Shown here in pieces: positions 1 through 15,000 of a DNA stretch of 64,000 nt. The translations under genes and the position numbers were made by a program. The stretch is taken from contig OZ024740.1 in assembly GCA_964016885.1 (NCBI GenBank), positions 40,734,001 through 40,798,000 on the forward strand, in the 5' to 3' direction. The DNA is from Eledone cirrhosa (taxonomy: Eukaryota). The notes below the pieces were generated by a model. It was not told the origin of the DNA. It did no database searches and saw nothing but the letters and a program-made list of their open reading frames with translations. Position 1 is the first letter of the stretch; the number at the start of each line of letters is the position of its first letter.

Positions 1-3000
1 AACTGGCATCACGCTCCACCTCCCAGCACCACAGTGGCTCCAACTGGCATCACACTCCACCTCCCAGCACCACAGTGGCTCCAACTGGCATCACACTCCA
101 CCTCCCAGCACCACAGTGGGACCAACTGGCATCACACTCCACCTCCCAGCACCACAGTGGCTCCAACTGGCATCACGCTCCACCTCCCAGCACCACAGTG
201 GCTCCAACTGGCATCACACTCCACCTCCCAGCACCACAGTGGCTCCAACTGGCATCACACTCCACCTCCCAGCACCACAGTGGCTCCAACTGGCATCACA
301 CTCCACCTCCCAGCACCACAGTGGCTCCAACTGGCATCACGCTCCACCTCCCAGCACCACAGTGGCTCCTACTGGCATCACACTCCACCTCCCAGCACCA
401 CAGTGGGACCAACTGGCATCACACTCCACCTCCCAGCCCCACAGTGGTTCCAACTGGCATCACACTCCACCTCCCAGCACCACAGTGGGACCAACTGGAA
501 TCACACTCCACCTCCCAGCACCACAGTGGGACCAACTGGCATCACACTCCACCTCACAGCCCCACAGTGGGACCAACTGGCATCACACTCCACCACCAAC
601 TCCACAGTGTCACCAACTGGCATCACACTCCACCTCCCAGCACCACAGTGGCACCAACTGGCATCACACTCCACCTCCCAGCCCCACAGTGGGACCAACT
701 GGCATCAGACTCCACGTCCCAGCTCCACAGTGGCACCCACTGGCACCACACTCCACCTCCCAGCCCCACAGTGGCACCAACTGGCATCACACCCCACATC
801 CCAACTCCACAGTGGCACCAACTGGCATCACAATCCACGCCCCAGCACCACATTGGCACCAACTGACATTACACTCCACCTCCGAAATCCACAGTGGCAC
901 CAACTGGCGACACGCTCCCTCTCAGCTCCACAGTGGCACCAAGTGGCATCACACTCCACCTCCCAACCCCACAGTTGTACCGACTATCACACTCCACCTC
1001 CCAACACCACAATGGCACCAACTGGCATCACACTCCAGCTCCATAGTGGCACCAACTGGAATCACACTCCACCACTCAATACCACAGTGGCACCAACTGG
1101 CATCACACTCTACTTCCCAGCCCCATAGTGGCACCAACTGGCATCACACTCCACCTCCCAGCTCCACAGTGGCACCAACTGGAATCACACACCACCTCCC
1201 AGCCCCACAGTGGCACCAACTGGAATCACACTCCACCTCCCAGCTCCACAGAGGCACCAACTGGCATCACACACTTCCTCCCAGCCCCACAGTGGTACCA
1301 ACTTGCATCACAACCCACCCGCCAACACCACAGTGGCACCAACTGGCATCACACTCTACCTCCCAACACCTCAGTGGCACTAACTGGCATCACACTCCAC
1401 CCGCAGCCCCACAGTGGGACCAACTGGCATCACACTCCACCTCCCAGCCCCACAGTGGCACCAACTGGCATCACACCCCGCCACCCAACTCCACAGTGGG
1501 CCCAACTGGCATCACACTCCACCCCCAGCTCCATAGTGGCACCAACTGGCATCACACTCCACCTCCCAGCCCCACAGTGGAACCAACTGGAATCACACTC
1601 CACCACTCAATGCCACAGTGGCACCAACTGCATCACACTCTACCTCCCAGCCCCATAGTGGCACCAACTGGAATCACACTCCACCTCCCAGCTCCACAGA
1701 GGCACCAACTGGCATCACACACCACCTCCCAGCTCCACAGTGGTACCAACTTGCATCACAACCCACCCGCCAACACCACAGTGGCACCAACTGGCATCAC
1801 ATTCTAACTCCCAACACCACAGTGGTACTAACTGGCATCACACTCCACCCGCAGCCCCACAGTGGGACCAACTGGCATCACACTCCACCTCCCAGCCCCA
1901 CAGTGGCACCAACTGGCATCACACGCCACCTCCAAACCCCACAGTGCCACCAACTGGCATCACACTCCACCTCCCAGTTCCACAGTGGCACCAACTGGCA
2001 TCACACTCCACCTCCCAACTCCACAGTAGCACCAACTGGTTTCACACTCCACGCCCCAGCTCCACATTGGCACCAACTGGCATCACACTCCACCTCCCAA
2101 ACCCAGTGGCACCAACTGGCATCACATTCCATACCCAGCCCCACAGTGGCACCAAGTGGATTTACACTCTACCTCCCAGCCCCACGGTGGAACCAAGTGG
2201 TATCACACTCCACCTCCCAACTCCACAGTGGCACCGATTGGCATCAGACCCCACCTCCCAACTCCACAGTGGCACCAACTGGCATCACACCCCACATCCC
2301 AACTCCACAGTGGCACCAACTGGCATCACAATCCACGCCCCAGCACCACATTGGCACCAACTGACATTACACTCCACCTCCGAAATCCACAGTGGCACCA
2401 ACTGGCGACACGCTCCCTCCCAGCTCCACAGTGGCACCAAGTGGCATCACACTCCACCTCCCAACCCCACAGTTGTACCGACTATCACACTCCACCTCCC
2501 AACACCACAATGGCACCAACTGGCATCACACTCCACCTACCACACCCACAGTGGCACCAACTGGCATCGCACCACACCTCCCAGCACCACAGTGGGACCA
2601 ACTGGCATCACACTCCACCCCCCAACTCCACAGTGGCACCAACTGGCATCACACCCCACCTCCCAACTCCACAGTGGGCCTAACTGGCATCACACTCCAC
2701 CCCCAGCTCCATAGTGGCACCAACTGGAATCACACTCCACCACTCAATACCACAGTGGCACCAACTGGCATCACACTCTACTTCCCAGCCCCATAGTGGC
2801 ACCAACTGGCATCACACTCCACCTCCCAGCTCCACAGTGGCACCAACTGGAATCACACACCACCTCCCAGCCCCACAGTGGCACCAACTGGAATCACACT
2901 CCACCTCCCAACTCCACAGAGGCACCAACTGGCATCACACACCTCCTCCCAGCTCCACAGTGGTACCAACTTGCATCACAACCCACCCGCCAACACCACA

Positions 3001-6000
3001 GTGGCACCAACTGGCATCACACTCTACCTCCCAACACCACAGTGGCACTAACTGGCATCACACTCCACCCGCAGCCCCACAGTGGGACCAACTGGCATAA
3101 CACTCCACCTCCCAGCCCCACAGTGGCACCAACTGGCATCACACCCCACCACCCAACTCCACAGTGGGCCCAACTGGCATCACACTCCACCCCCAGCTCC
3201 ATAGTGGCACCAACTGGCATCACACTCCACCTCCCAGCCCCACAGTGGAACCAACTGGAATCACACTCCACCACTCAATGCCACAGTGGCACCAACTGCA
3301 TCACACTCTACCTCCCAGCCCCATAGTGGCACCAACTGGAATCACACTCCACCTCCCAGCTCCACAGAGGCACCAACTGGCATCACACACCACCTCCCAG
3401 CTCCACAGTGGTACCAACTTGCATCACAACCCACCCGCCAACACCACAGTGGCACCAACTGGCATCACATTCTAACTCCCAACACCACAGTGGTACTAAC
3501 TGGCATCACACTCCACCCGCAGCCCCACAGTGGGACCAACTGGCATCACACTCCACCTCCCAGCCCCACAGTGGCACCAACTGGCATCACACGCCACCTC
3601 CCAACCCCACAGTGCCACCAACTGGCATCACACTCCACCTCCCAGTTCCACAGTGGCACCAACTGGCATCACACTCCACCTCCCAACTCCACAGTAGCAA
3701 CAACTGGTTTCACACTCCACGCCCAAGCTCCACATTGGCACCAACTGGCATCACACTCCACCTCCCAAACCCAGTGGCACCAACTGGCATCACATTCCAT
3801 ACCCAGCCCCACAGTGGCACCAAGTGGATTTACACTCTACCTCCCAGCTCCACGGTGGAACCAAGTGGTATCACACTCCACCTCCCAACTCCACAGTGGC
3901 ACCGATTGGCATCAGACCCCACCTCCCAACACCACAGTGGCACCAACTGGCATCACACTCCACCTCCCAACTCCACAGTGGCACCAACTGGCATCACACT
4001 CCACCCCCAGCCTCACAGTGGCACCAACTGGCATCACAACCCACCTTCCAGATCCACAGTGGCACCAACTGGAATCACACTCCACCACTCAACTCCACAG
4101 TGGCACCAACTGGCATCACACTCTACCTCCCAGCCCCATAGTGGGATCAACTGGAATCACACTCTACCTCCCAGGGTCAGAGTGGCACCAACTGGCAGCA
4201 CACTCCACCTCCCAACCCCACAGTGACACCAACTGGCATCACACTCCACCTCCCAGCTCCACAGTGGCACCAACTGGCATCACACTCTACCTCCCAACAC
4301 GATAGTGGGACCAACTGGCATCACAGTCCACCCCCAGCCCCACAGTGGGACCAACTGGCATCACACTCAACCTCCCAACTCCACAGTGGAACCAACTGGC
4401 ATCACACTCCACCTCCCAGCACCACAGTGGCACCAACTGGAAACACACTCCACCTCCTAACCCCACAGTGGGACCAGCTGGCATCACACTACACCTCCCA
4501 GTTCCACAGTGGCACCAACTGGAATCACACTCCACCTCCCAACTCCACAGTGGCACCAACTGGCATCACACTCCACCCCCAGCACCACAGTGGCACCAAC
4601 TGGCATCACAATCCGCCCCCAACTCCACAGTGGCACCAACTGGCATCACACTCTACCTCCCAACCCCACAGTGGCACCAACTGGCATCACACTCCACCTC
4701 CCAACCCCACAGTGGCACCAACTGGCATCACACCCCACCCCCCAACTCCACAGTGGCACCAACTGGCATCACACTCTACCTCCCAACCCCACAGTGGCAC
4801 CAACTGGCATCACACTCCACCTCCTAGCTCCACAGTGACACCAAATTGCATCACAATCCACCTCCCAGCACCACAGTGGCATCAACTGGCATCACACTCG
4901 ACCTCCCAGCCCCACAGTGGCACCAACTGGCATCACACTCCACCCCCTGCCCCACAGTGGGACCAACTGGCAACAAACCCCACCCCCCAAAACCATTGTG
5001 GCACCAACTGGCATCACACGCTACCTCCCAACTCCAGAGTGGAACCAACTGGGATCACACTCTACCTCCCAACTCCACAGTGGCACCAACTGGCATCACA
5101 CACCACCTCCCAGCTCCACAGTGGCACCAACTGGCAACACACTCCACCTCCCAACCCCACGGTGGCACCAACTGGCATCACATTCCACCCCAGCCCCACA
5201 ATGGCACCAACTGGCAACACACTCCACCTCCCACCCCCAGCACCACAGTGGCACCAACTGGCAACACACTCCACCTCCCACCCCCAGCCCCAGAGTGGGA
5301 CCAACTGGCATCAGACTCCACGTCCCAGCTCCACAGTGGCACCCACTGGCACCACACTCCACCTCCCAACTCCACAGTGGCACCAACTGGAATCACACTC
5401 CACGCCCCAGCACCACATTGGCACCAACTGGCATTACACTCCACCTCCCAAATTCACAGTGGCACCAACTGTCGACACGCTCCCCCCCCCAGCACCACAG
5501 TGGCACCAAGTGGCATTACACTCTACCTCCCAGCCCCACAGTGGCACCAACTGGCATCACACTCTACCTCCCAGCTCCACAGTGGCACCAAGTGGCATCA
5601 CACTCCACCTCCCAACCCCACAATTGCACCGACTATCATCACACTCCACCTCCCAACTCCACAATGGCACCAACTGGAATCACACTCCACCTACTTCACC
5701 CACAGTGGCACCAACTGACATCAACCACACCTCCCAGCACCACAGTGGGACCAACTGGCATCACACTCCACCCCCCAACTCCCCAGTGGCACCAACTGCC
5801 ATCACACTCTACCTCCCAACCCCACAGTGGGACCAACTGTCATCACACTCCACCTCCCAGCCCAACAGTGGCACCAACTGGCATAACACTCCACCTCCCA
5901 GCCCCACAGTGTCTCCAACTGGCATCACACGCCACCCCCAGAACCCTCAGTGGCACCAACTGGCATCACACTCAACCTCCCAGCACCACAGTGGCCCAAA

Positions 6001-9000
6001 CTGGCATCACACTCCAACTCCCAGCTCCACAGTGGCACCAACTGGCATCACACTCTACCTCCCAACACCACAGTGGCACCAACTGGCATCACACTCCACC
6101 CCCAGCCCCACAGTGGCACCAACTGGCATCACACTCCACCCCCAGCACCACAGTGGGACCAACTGTCATCACACTCAACCTCCCAACACCACAGTGGCAC
6201 CAACTTGCATCACAGTCCACCCCCAGCACCACAGTGGCACCAACTGGCTTCACACCCCACCGCCAGCTCCACAGTGGCACCAACTGGCATCACACTCCAC
6301 CTGCCAGCTCCACAGTGGGACCAACTGGCATCACACTCCACCTCCCAGCCCAACAGTGGGACCAACTGGCATCACACTCTACCTCCCAGTTCCACAGTGG
6401 GACCAACATGCATCACACTCCACCTGCCAACTCCACAGTGGCACCAACTGACATCACACTCCACCTCCCAGTTCCACAGTGGGACCAACATGCATCACAT
6501 TCCACCTGCCAACTCCACAGTGGCACCAACTGGTTTCACAGCCCACGCCCCAGCTCCACATTGGCACCAACTGGCATCATACTCCCCCCCCAAGCACAAA
6601 AGTGGCACCAAGTGGCATTACGCTCTACCTCCCAGCCCCACAGTGGCACCAACTAGCATCACACTCCACCTCCCAACGCCACAGTGGTACCGACTGGCAT
6701 CAGATTCCACCTCCCACCTCCACAGTGGCACCAACTGGCATCACACCCCACCTCCCAGCCCCACAGTGAGACCAACTGGCATCACAATCCACCCCCAGCT
6801 CCACAGTGGCACCAACTGGCATCACACTCCACCTCCCAGCTCCACAGTGGCACCAACTGGAATCACACCCCACCTCCCAGCTCCACAGTGGCACCAACTG
6901 GAATCACACCCCACATACCAGCGCCACAGTGGCACCAACTGGCATCACACTCCACCTCCCAGCGCCACAGTGGCACCAACTGGAATCACACTCCACTTCC
7001 CAACCCCACAGTGGCACCAACTGGCATCACACTCCACCTCCCAACTCCACAGTGGCACCAACTGGCATCACACTCCACCCCCAGCCTCACAGTGGCACCA
7101 ACTGGCATCACAACCCACCTTCCAGATCCACAGTGGCACCAACTGGAATCACACTCCACCACTCAACTCCACAGTGGCACCAACTGGCATCACACTCTAC
7201 CTCCCAGCCTCATAGTGGGATCAACTGGCATCACACTCTACTTCCCAGGGTCAGAGTGGCACCAACTGGCAGCACACTCCACCTCCCAACCCCACAGTGA
7301 CACCAACTGGCATCACACTCCACCTCCCAGCTCCACAGTGGCACCAACTGGCATCACACTCTACCTCCCAACACGATAGTGGGACCAACTGGCATCACAG
7401 TCCACCCCCAGCCCCACAGTGGGACCAACTGGCATCACACTCTACCTCCCAACTCCACAGTGGAACCAACTGGCATCACACTCCACCTCCCAGCTCCACA
7501 GTGGCACCAACTGGCAACACACTCCACCTCCTAACCCCACATTGGCACCAGCTGGCATCACACTACACCTCCCAGTTCCACAGTGGCACCAACTGGAATC
7601 ACACTCCACCTCCCAACTCCACAGTGGCACCAACTGGCATCACACTCCACCCCCAGCACCACAGTGGCACCAACTGGCATCACAATCCACCCCCCAACAC
7701 CACAGTGGCACCAACTGGCATCACACTCTACCTCCCAACCCCACAGTGGCACCAACTGGCATCACACTCCACCTCCCAACCCCACAGTAGCACCAACTGG
7801 CATCACACCCCACCCCCCAACTCCACAGTGGCACCAACTGGCATCACACTCCACCCCCAGCACCACAGTGGGACCAACTGTCATCACACTCAACCTCCCA
7901 ACACCACAGTGGCACCAACTTGCATCACAGTCCACCCCCAGCACCACAGTGGCACCAACTGGCTTCACACCCCACCGCCAGCTCCACAGTGGCACCAACT
8001 GGCATCACACTCCACCTCCCAGCTCCACAGTGGCACCAACTGGAATCACACCCCACATCCCAGCCCCACAGTGGCACCAACTGGCATCACACTCTACCTC
8101 CCAGCTCCACAGTGGGACCAACTGGCATCACACTCTACCTCCCAGGGTCACAGTGGTACCAACTGGCATCACATTCCACCTCCCAGCACCACAGTGGCAC
8201 CAACTGGAATCACACCCCACTTCCCAGCGCCACAGTGGCACCAACTGGCATCACACTCCACCTCCCAGCGCCACAGTGGCACCAACTGGAATCACACTCC
8301 ACTTCCCAACCCCACAGTGGCACCAACTGGCATCACACTCCACCTCCCAACTCCACAGTGGCACCAACTGGCATCACACTCCACCCCCAGCCTCACAGTG
8401 GCACCAACTGGCATCACAACCCACCTTCCAGATCCACAGTGGCACCAACTGGAATCACACCCCACCACTCAACTCCACAGTGGCACCAACTGGCATCACA
8501 CTCTACCTCCCAGCCCCATAGTGGGATCAACTGGCATCACACTCTACTTCCCAGGGTCAGAGTGGCACCAACTGGCAGCACACTCCACCTCCCAACCCCA
8601 CAGTGACACCAACTGGCATCACACTCCACCTCCCAGCTCCACAGTGGCACCAACTGGCATCACACTCCACCTCCCAACACGATAGTGGGACCAACTGGCA
8701 TCACAGTCCACCCCCAGCCCCACAGTGGGACCAACTGGCATCACACTCTACCTCCCAACTCCACAGTGGAACCAACTGGCATCACACTCCACCTCCCAGC
8801 TCCACAGTGGCACCAACTGGCAACACACTCCACCTCCTAACCCCACAGTGGGACCAGCTGGCATCACACTACACCTCCCAGTTCCACAGTGGCACCAACT
8901 GGAATCACACTCCACCTCCCAACTCCACAGTGGCACCAACTGGCATCACACTCCACCCCCAGCACCACAGTGGCACCAACTGGCATCACAATCCACCCCC

Positions 9001-12000
9001 CAACTCCACAGTGGCACCAACTGGCATCACACTCTACCTCCCAACCCCACAGTGGCACCAACTAGCATCACACTCCACCTCCCAACCCCACAGTGGCACC
9101 AACTGGCATCACACTCCACCTCCCAACTCCACAGTGGCACCAACTGGCATCACACTCCACCCCCAGCACCACAGTGGCACCAACTGGCATCACAATCCAC
9201 CCCCCAACTCCACAGTGGCACCAACTGGCATCACACTCTACCTCCCAACCCCACAGTGGCACCAACTGGCATCACACTCCACCTCCCAACCCCACAGTGG
9301 CACCAACTGGCATCACACCCCACCCCCCAACTCCACAGTGGCACCAACTGGCATCAGACTCTACCTCCCACCCCACAGTGGCACCAACTGGCATCACACT
9401 CCACCTCCTAGCTCCACAGTGACACCAAAATGCATCACAATCCACCTCCCAGCACCACAGTGGCACCAACTGGCATCACACTCCACCCCCTGCCCCACAG
9501 TGGGACCAACTGGCATCACAATCCACCCCCCAACTCCACAGTGGCACCAACTGGCATCACACTCTACCTCCCAACCCCACAGTGGCACCAACTGGCATCA
9601 CACTCCACCTCCCAACCCCACAGTGGCACCAACTGGCATCACACCCCACCCCCCAACTCCACAGTGGCACCAACTGGCATCAGACTCTACCTCCCAACCC
9701 CACAGTGGCACCAACTGGCATCACACTCCACCTCCTAGCTCCACAGTGACACCAAAATGCATCACAGTCCACCCCCAGCACCACAGTGGCACCAACTGGC
9801 TTCACACCCCACCGCCAGCTCCACAGTGGCACCAACTGGCATCACACACCACCTGCCAGCTCCACAGTGGGACCAACTGGCATCACACTCCACCTCCCAG
9901 TTCCACAGTGGGACCAACATGCATCACACTCCACCTGCCAACTCCACAGTGGCACCAACTGGTTTCACAGCCCACGCCCCAGCTCCACATTGGCACCACT
10001 GGCATCACACTCCCCCCCCCCCCCCCCCCAAGCACAAAAGTGGCACCAAGTGGCATTACGCTCTACCTCCCAGCCCCACAGTGGCACCAACTAGCATCAC
10101 ACTCCACCTCCCAACGCCACAGTGGTACCGACTGGCATCAGATTCCACCTCCCACCTCCACAGTGGCACCAACTGGCATCACACTCCACCTCCCAGCCCC
10201 ACAGTGAGACCAACTGGCATCACAATCCACCCCCAGCTCCACAGTGGCACCAACTGGCATCACACTCCACCTCCCAGCTCCACAGTGGCACCAACTGGAA
10301 TCACACCCCACCTCCCAGCTCCACAGTGGCACCAACTGGAATCACACCCCACATCCCAGCCCCACAGTGGCACCAACTGGCATCACACTCTACCTCCCAG
10401 CTCCACAGTGGGACCAACTGGCATCACACTCTACCTCCCAGGGTCACAGTGGTACCAACTGGCATCACATTCCACCTCCCAGCACCACAGTGGCACCAAC
10501 TGGAATCACACCCCACTTCCCAGCGCCACAGTGGCACCAACTGGCATCACACTCCACCTCCCAGCGCCACAGTGGCACCAACTGGAATCACACTCCACTT
10601 CCCAACCCCACAGTGGCACCAACTGGCATCACACTCCACCTCCCAACTCCACAGTGGCACCAACTGGCATCACACTCCACCCCCAGCCTCACAGTGGCAC
10701 CAACTGGCATCACAACCCACCTTCCAGATCCACAGTGGCACCAACTGGAATCACACTCCACCACTCAACTCCACAGTGGCACCAACTGGCATCACACTCT
10801 ACCTCCCAGCCCCATAGTGGGATCAACTGGCATCACACTCTACTTCCCAGGGTCAGAGTGGCACCAACTGGCAGCACACTCCACCTCCCAACCCCACAGT
10901 GACACCAACTGGCATCACACTCCACCTCCCAGCTCCACAGTGGCACCAACTGGCATCACACTCTACCTCCCAACACGATAGTGGGACCAACTGGCATCAC
11001 AGTCCACCCCCAGCCCCACAGTGGGACCAACTGGCATCACACTCTACCTCCCAACTCCACAGTGGAACCAACTGGCATCACACTCCACCTCCCAGCCCCA
11101 CAGTGGCACCAACTGGCAACACACTCCACCTGCTAACCCCACAGTGGGACCAGCTGGCATCACACTACACCTCCCAGTTCCACAGTGGCACCAACTGGCA
11201 TCACACTCCACCCCCAGCACCACAGTGGCACCAACTGGCATCACAATCCACCCCCCAACTCCACAGTGGCACCAACTGGCATCACACTCTACCTCCCAAC
11301 CCCACAGTGGCACCAACTGGCATCACACTCCACCTCCCAACCCCACAGTGGCACCAACTGGCATCACACCCCACCCCCCAACTCCACAGTGGCACCAACT
11401 GGCATCACACTCTACCTCCCAACCCCACAGTGGCACCAACTGGCATCACACTCCACCTCCTAGCTCCACAGTGACACCAAAATGCATCACAATCCACCTC
11501 CCAGCACCACAGTGGCATCAACTGGCATCACACTCGACCTCCCAGCCCCACAGTGGCACCAACTGGCATCACACTCCACCCCCTGCCCCACAGTGGGACT
11601 AACTGGCATCAAACCCCACCCCCCAAAACCATTGTGGCACCAACTGGCATCACACTCTACCTCCCAACTCCACAGTGGAACCAACTGCCATCACACTCCA
11701 CCTCCCAGCTCCACAGTGGCACCAACTGGCAACACACTCCACCTCCTAACGCCACAGTGGCACCAGCTGGCATCACACTACACCTCCCAGTTCCACAGTG
11801 GCACCAACTGGAATCACACTCCACCTCCCAACTCCACAGTGGCACCAACTGGCATCACACTCCACCTCCCAGGGTCACAGTGGCACCAACTGGGATAACA
11901 CTCCACCTCCTAACGCCACAGTGGCACCAGCTGGCATCACACTACACCTCCCAGCACCAAAATGGCACCAACTGGCATCACACTCTACCTCCCAGCCCCA

Positions 12001-15000
12001 CAGTGGCACCTACTGGCATCACACTCTACCTCCCAACACCACATTGGCACTAACTGGCATCACACTCCACCCGCAGCCCCACAGTTGGACCAGCTGGCAT
12101 CACACACCACCTCCCAGCACCACAGTAGGACCAATTGGCATCACACTCCACGTCCCAGCACCACAGTGGCACCAACTGGCATCACACCCCACCTCTCAAC
12201 TCCACAGTGACACCAACTGGCATCACACTCCACCCCCAGCTCCACAGTGGCACCAACCGGCATCACACTCCACCTTACCAGCTCCACAGTGGCAGCAACT
12301 GGAATCACACTCCACCACTCAACTCCACAGTGGGACCAACTGGCATCACACTCTACCTCCCAGCCCCATAGTGGTACCAACTGGCATCACACTCCACCTC
12401 CCAGCACCACAATGGGACCAACTGGCATCACACTCTACCTCCCAGCCCCATAGTGGTACCAACTGGCATCACACTCCACCTCCCAGCTCCACAGTGGGAC
12501 CAACTGGCATCACACTCTACCTCCCAGCCCCATAGTGGTACCAACTGGCATCACACTCTACCTCCCAGCGCCACAGTGGCACCAACTGGCATTACACTCT
12601 ACCTCCCAGGGTCACAGTGGCACCAACTGGCATCACACTCCACCTCCCAACTCCACAGTGACACCAACTGGCATCACACTCCACCCCCAGCCCCACAGTT
12701 GGACCAACTGGCATCACACACCACCTCCCAGCACCACAGTGGGGCCAATTGGCATCACACTCCACGTCCCAGCACCACAGTGGCACCAACTGGCATCACA
12801 CCCCACCTCCCAACTCCACAGTGGGACCAACTGGCATCACACTCCACCCCCAGCACACACAGTGGCAACAACTGGCATCACACTCCACCCCCAGCACCAC
12901 AGTGGCAACAACTGGCATCACACTCTACCTCTCAGCCCCACAGTGGAACCAACTGGCATCACACTCCTCCCCCAGCACCACAGTGGCACCAACTGGCATC
13001 ACACTACACCTCCCAGTTCCACAGTGGCACCAACTGGAATCACACTCCACCTCCCAGGTTCACAGTGGCACCAACTGGAATCACACTCCACCTCCCAGGG
13101 TGACAGTGGCACCAACAGGTATCACACTCCACCTCCCAGCTTCACAGTGGCACCAACTGGCATGACACACCACCCCCAGCCCCACAGTGGGACCAACTGG
13201 CATCACACTCCACCTCCCAGCCCCACAGTGGAACCAACTGGCATCACACTCCACCTTCCAGCTCCACATTGGCACCAACTGGCATCACACTCTACCTCCC
13301 AGCTCCATAGTGGCACCAACTGGCATCACACTCCACCTCCCAGCACCACAATGGCACCAACTGGCATCACACTCTACCTCCCAGGGTCACAGTGGCACCA
13401 ACAGGTATCACACTCCACCTCCCAGCTCCACAGTGGCACCAACTGATATCACACTCCACCTCCCAACACCACAGTGGCACCAACTGGCATGACACACCAC
13501 CCCCAGCCCCACAGTGGGACCAACTGGCATCACACTCCACCTCCCAGCCCCACAGTGCCACCAACTGGCATAACACTCCACCTCGCAGCCCCACATTGGC
13601 ACTAACTGGCATCACACACCACCTCCCAGCACCACAGTGGCACCAACTGGCATCACACTCCACCTCCCAGCACCACATTGGCACTAACTGGCATCACACA
13701 CCACCTCCCAGCACCACAGTAGGACCAATTGGCATCACACTCCACCTTACCAGCTCCACAGTGGCAGCAACTGGAATCACACTCCACCACTCAACTCCAC
13801 AGTGGGACCAACTGGCATCACACTCTACCTCCCAGCCCCATAGTGGTACCAACTGGCATCACACTCCACCTCCCAGCACCACAATGGGACCAACTGGCAT
13901 TACACTCTACCTCCCAGCCCCATAGTGGTACCAACTGGCATCACACTCCACCTCCCAGCTCCACAGTGGGACCAACTGGCATCACACTCTACCTCCCAGG
14001 GTCACAGTGGCACCAACTGGCATCACACTCCACCTCCCAGCTCCACAGTGGTACCAACTGGCATTACACTCTATCTCCCAGGGTCACAGTGGCACCAACT
14101 GGCATCACACTCCACCTCCCAACTCCACAGTGACACCAGCTGGCATCACACTCCACCCCCAGCCCCACAGTTGGACCAACTGGCATCACACACCACCTCC
14201 CAGCACCACAGTGGGGCCAATTGGCATCACACTCCATGTCCCAGCACCACAGTGGCACCAACTGGCATCACACCCCACCTCCCAACTCCACAGTGGGACC
14301 AACTGGCATCACACTCCACCACCAGCACACACAGTGGCACCAACTGGCATCACACACCACCTCCCAGCTCCACAGTGGCACCAACTGGCATCACACTCTA
14401 CCTCTCAGCCCCACAGTGGCACCAACTGGCATCACACTCCACCCCCAGCATCACAGTGGGACCAACTGGCATCACACTCCACCTCCCAACTCCACAGTGA
14501 CACCAACTGGCATCACACTCCACCTCCCAACACCACAGTGGAACCAACTGGCATCACACTCCACCCCCAGCACTACAGTAGCACCAACTGGCATCACACT
14601 ACACCTCCCAGTTCCACAGTGGCACCAACTGGAATCACACTCCACCTCCCAGGGTCACAGTGGCACCAACTGGAATCACACTCCACCTCCCAGGGTCACA
14701 GTGGCACCAACTGGGATAACACTCCACCTCCCAACTCCAGAGTGGCACCAACTGGCATCACACTCTACCTACCAGGGTCAGAGTGGCACCAACTGGCAGC
14801 ACACTCCACCTCCCAACCCCAAAGTGACACCAACTGGCATCACACTCCACCTCCCAGCTCCACAGTGGCACCAACTGGCATCACACTCTACCTCCCAACA
14901 CCACAGTGGGACCAACTGGCATCACAGTCCACCCCCAGCTCCACAGTGGGACCAACTGGCATCACACTCTACCTCCCAACTCCACAGTGGAACCAACTGG

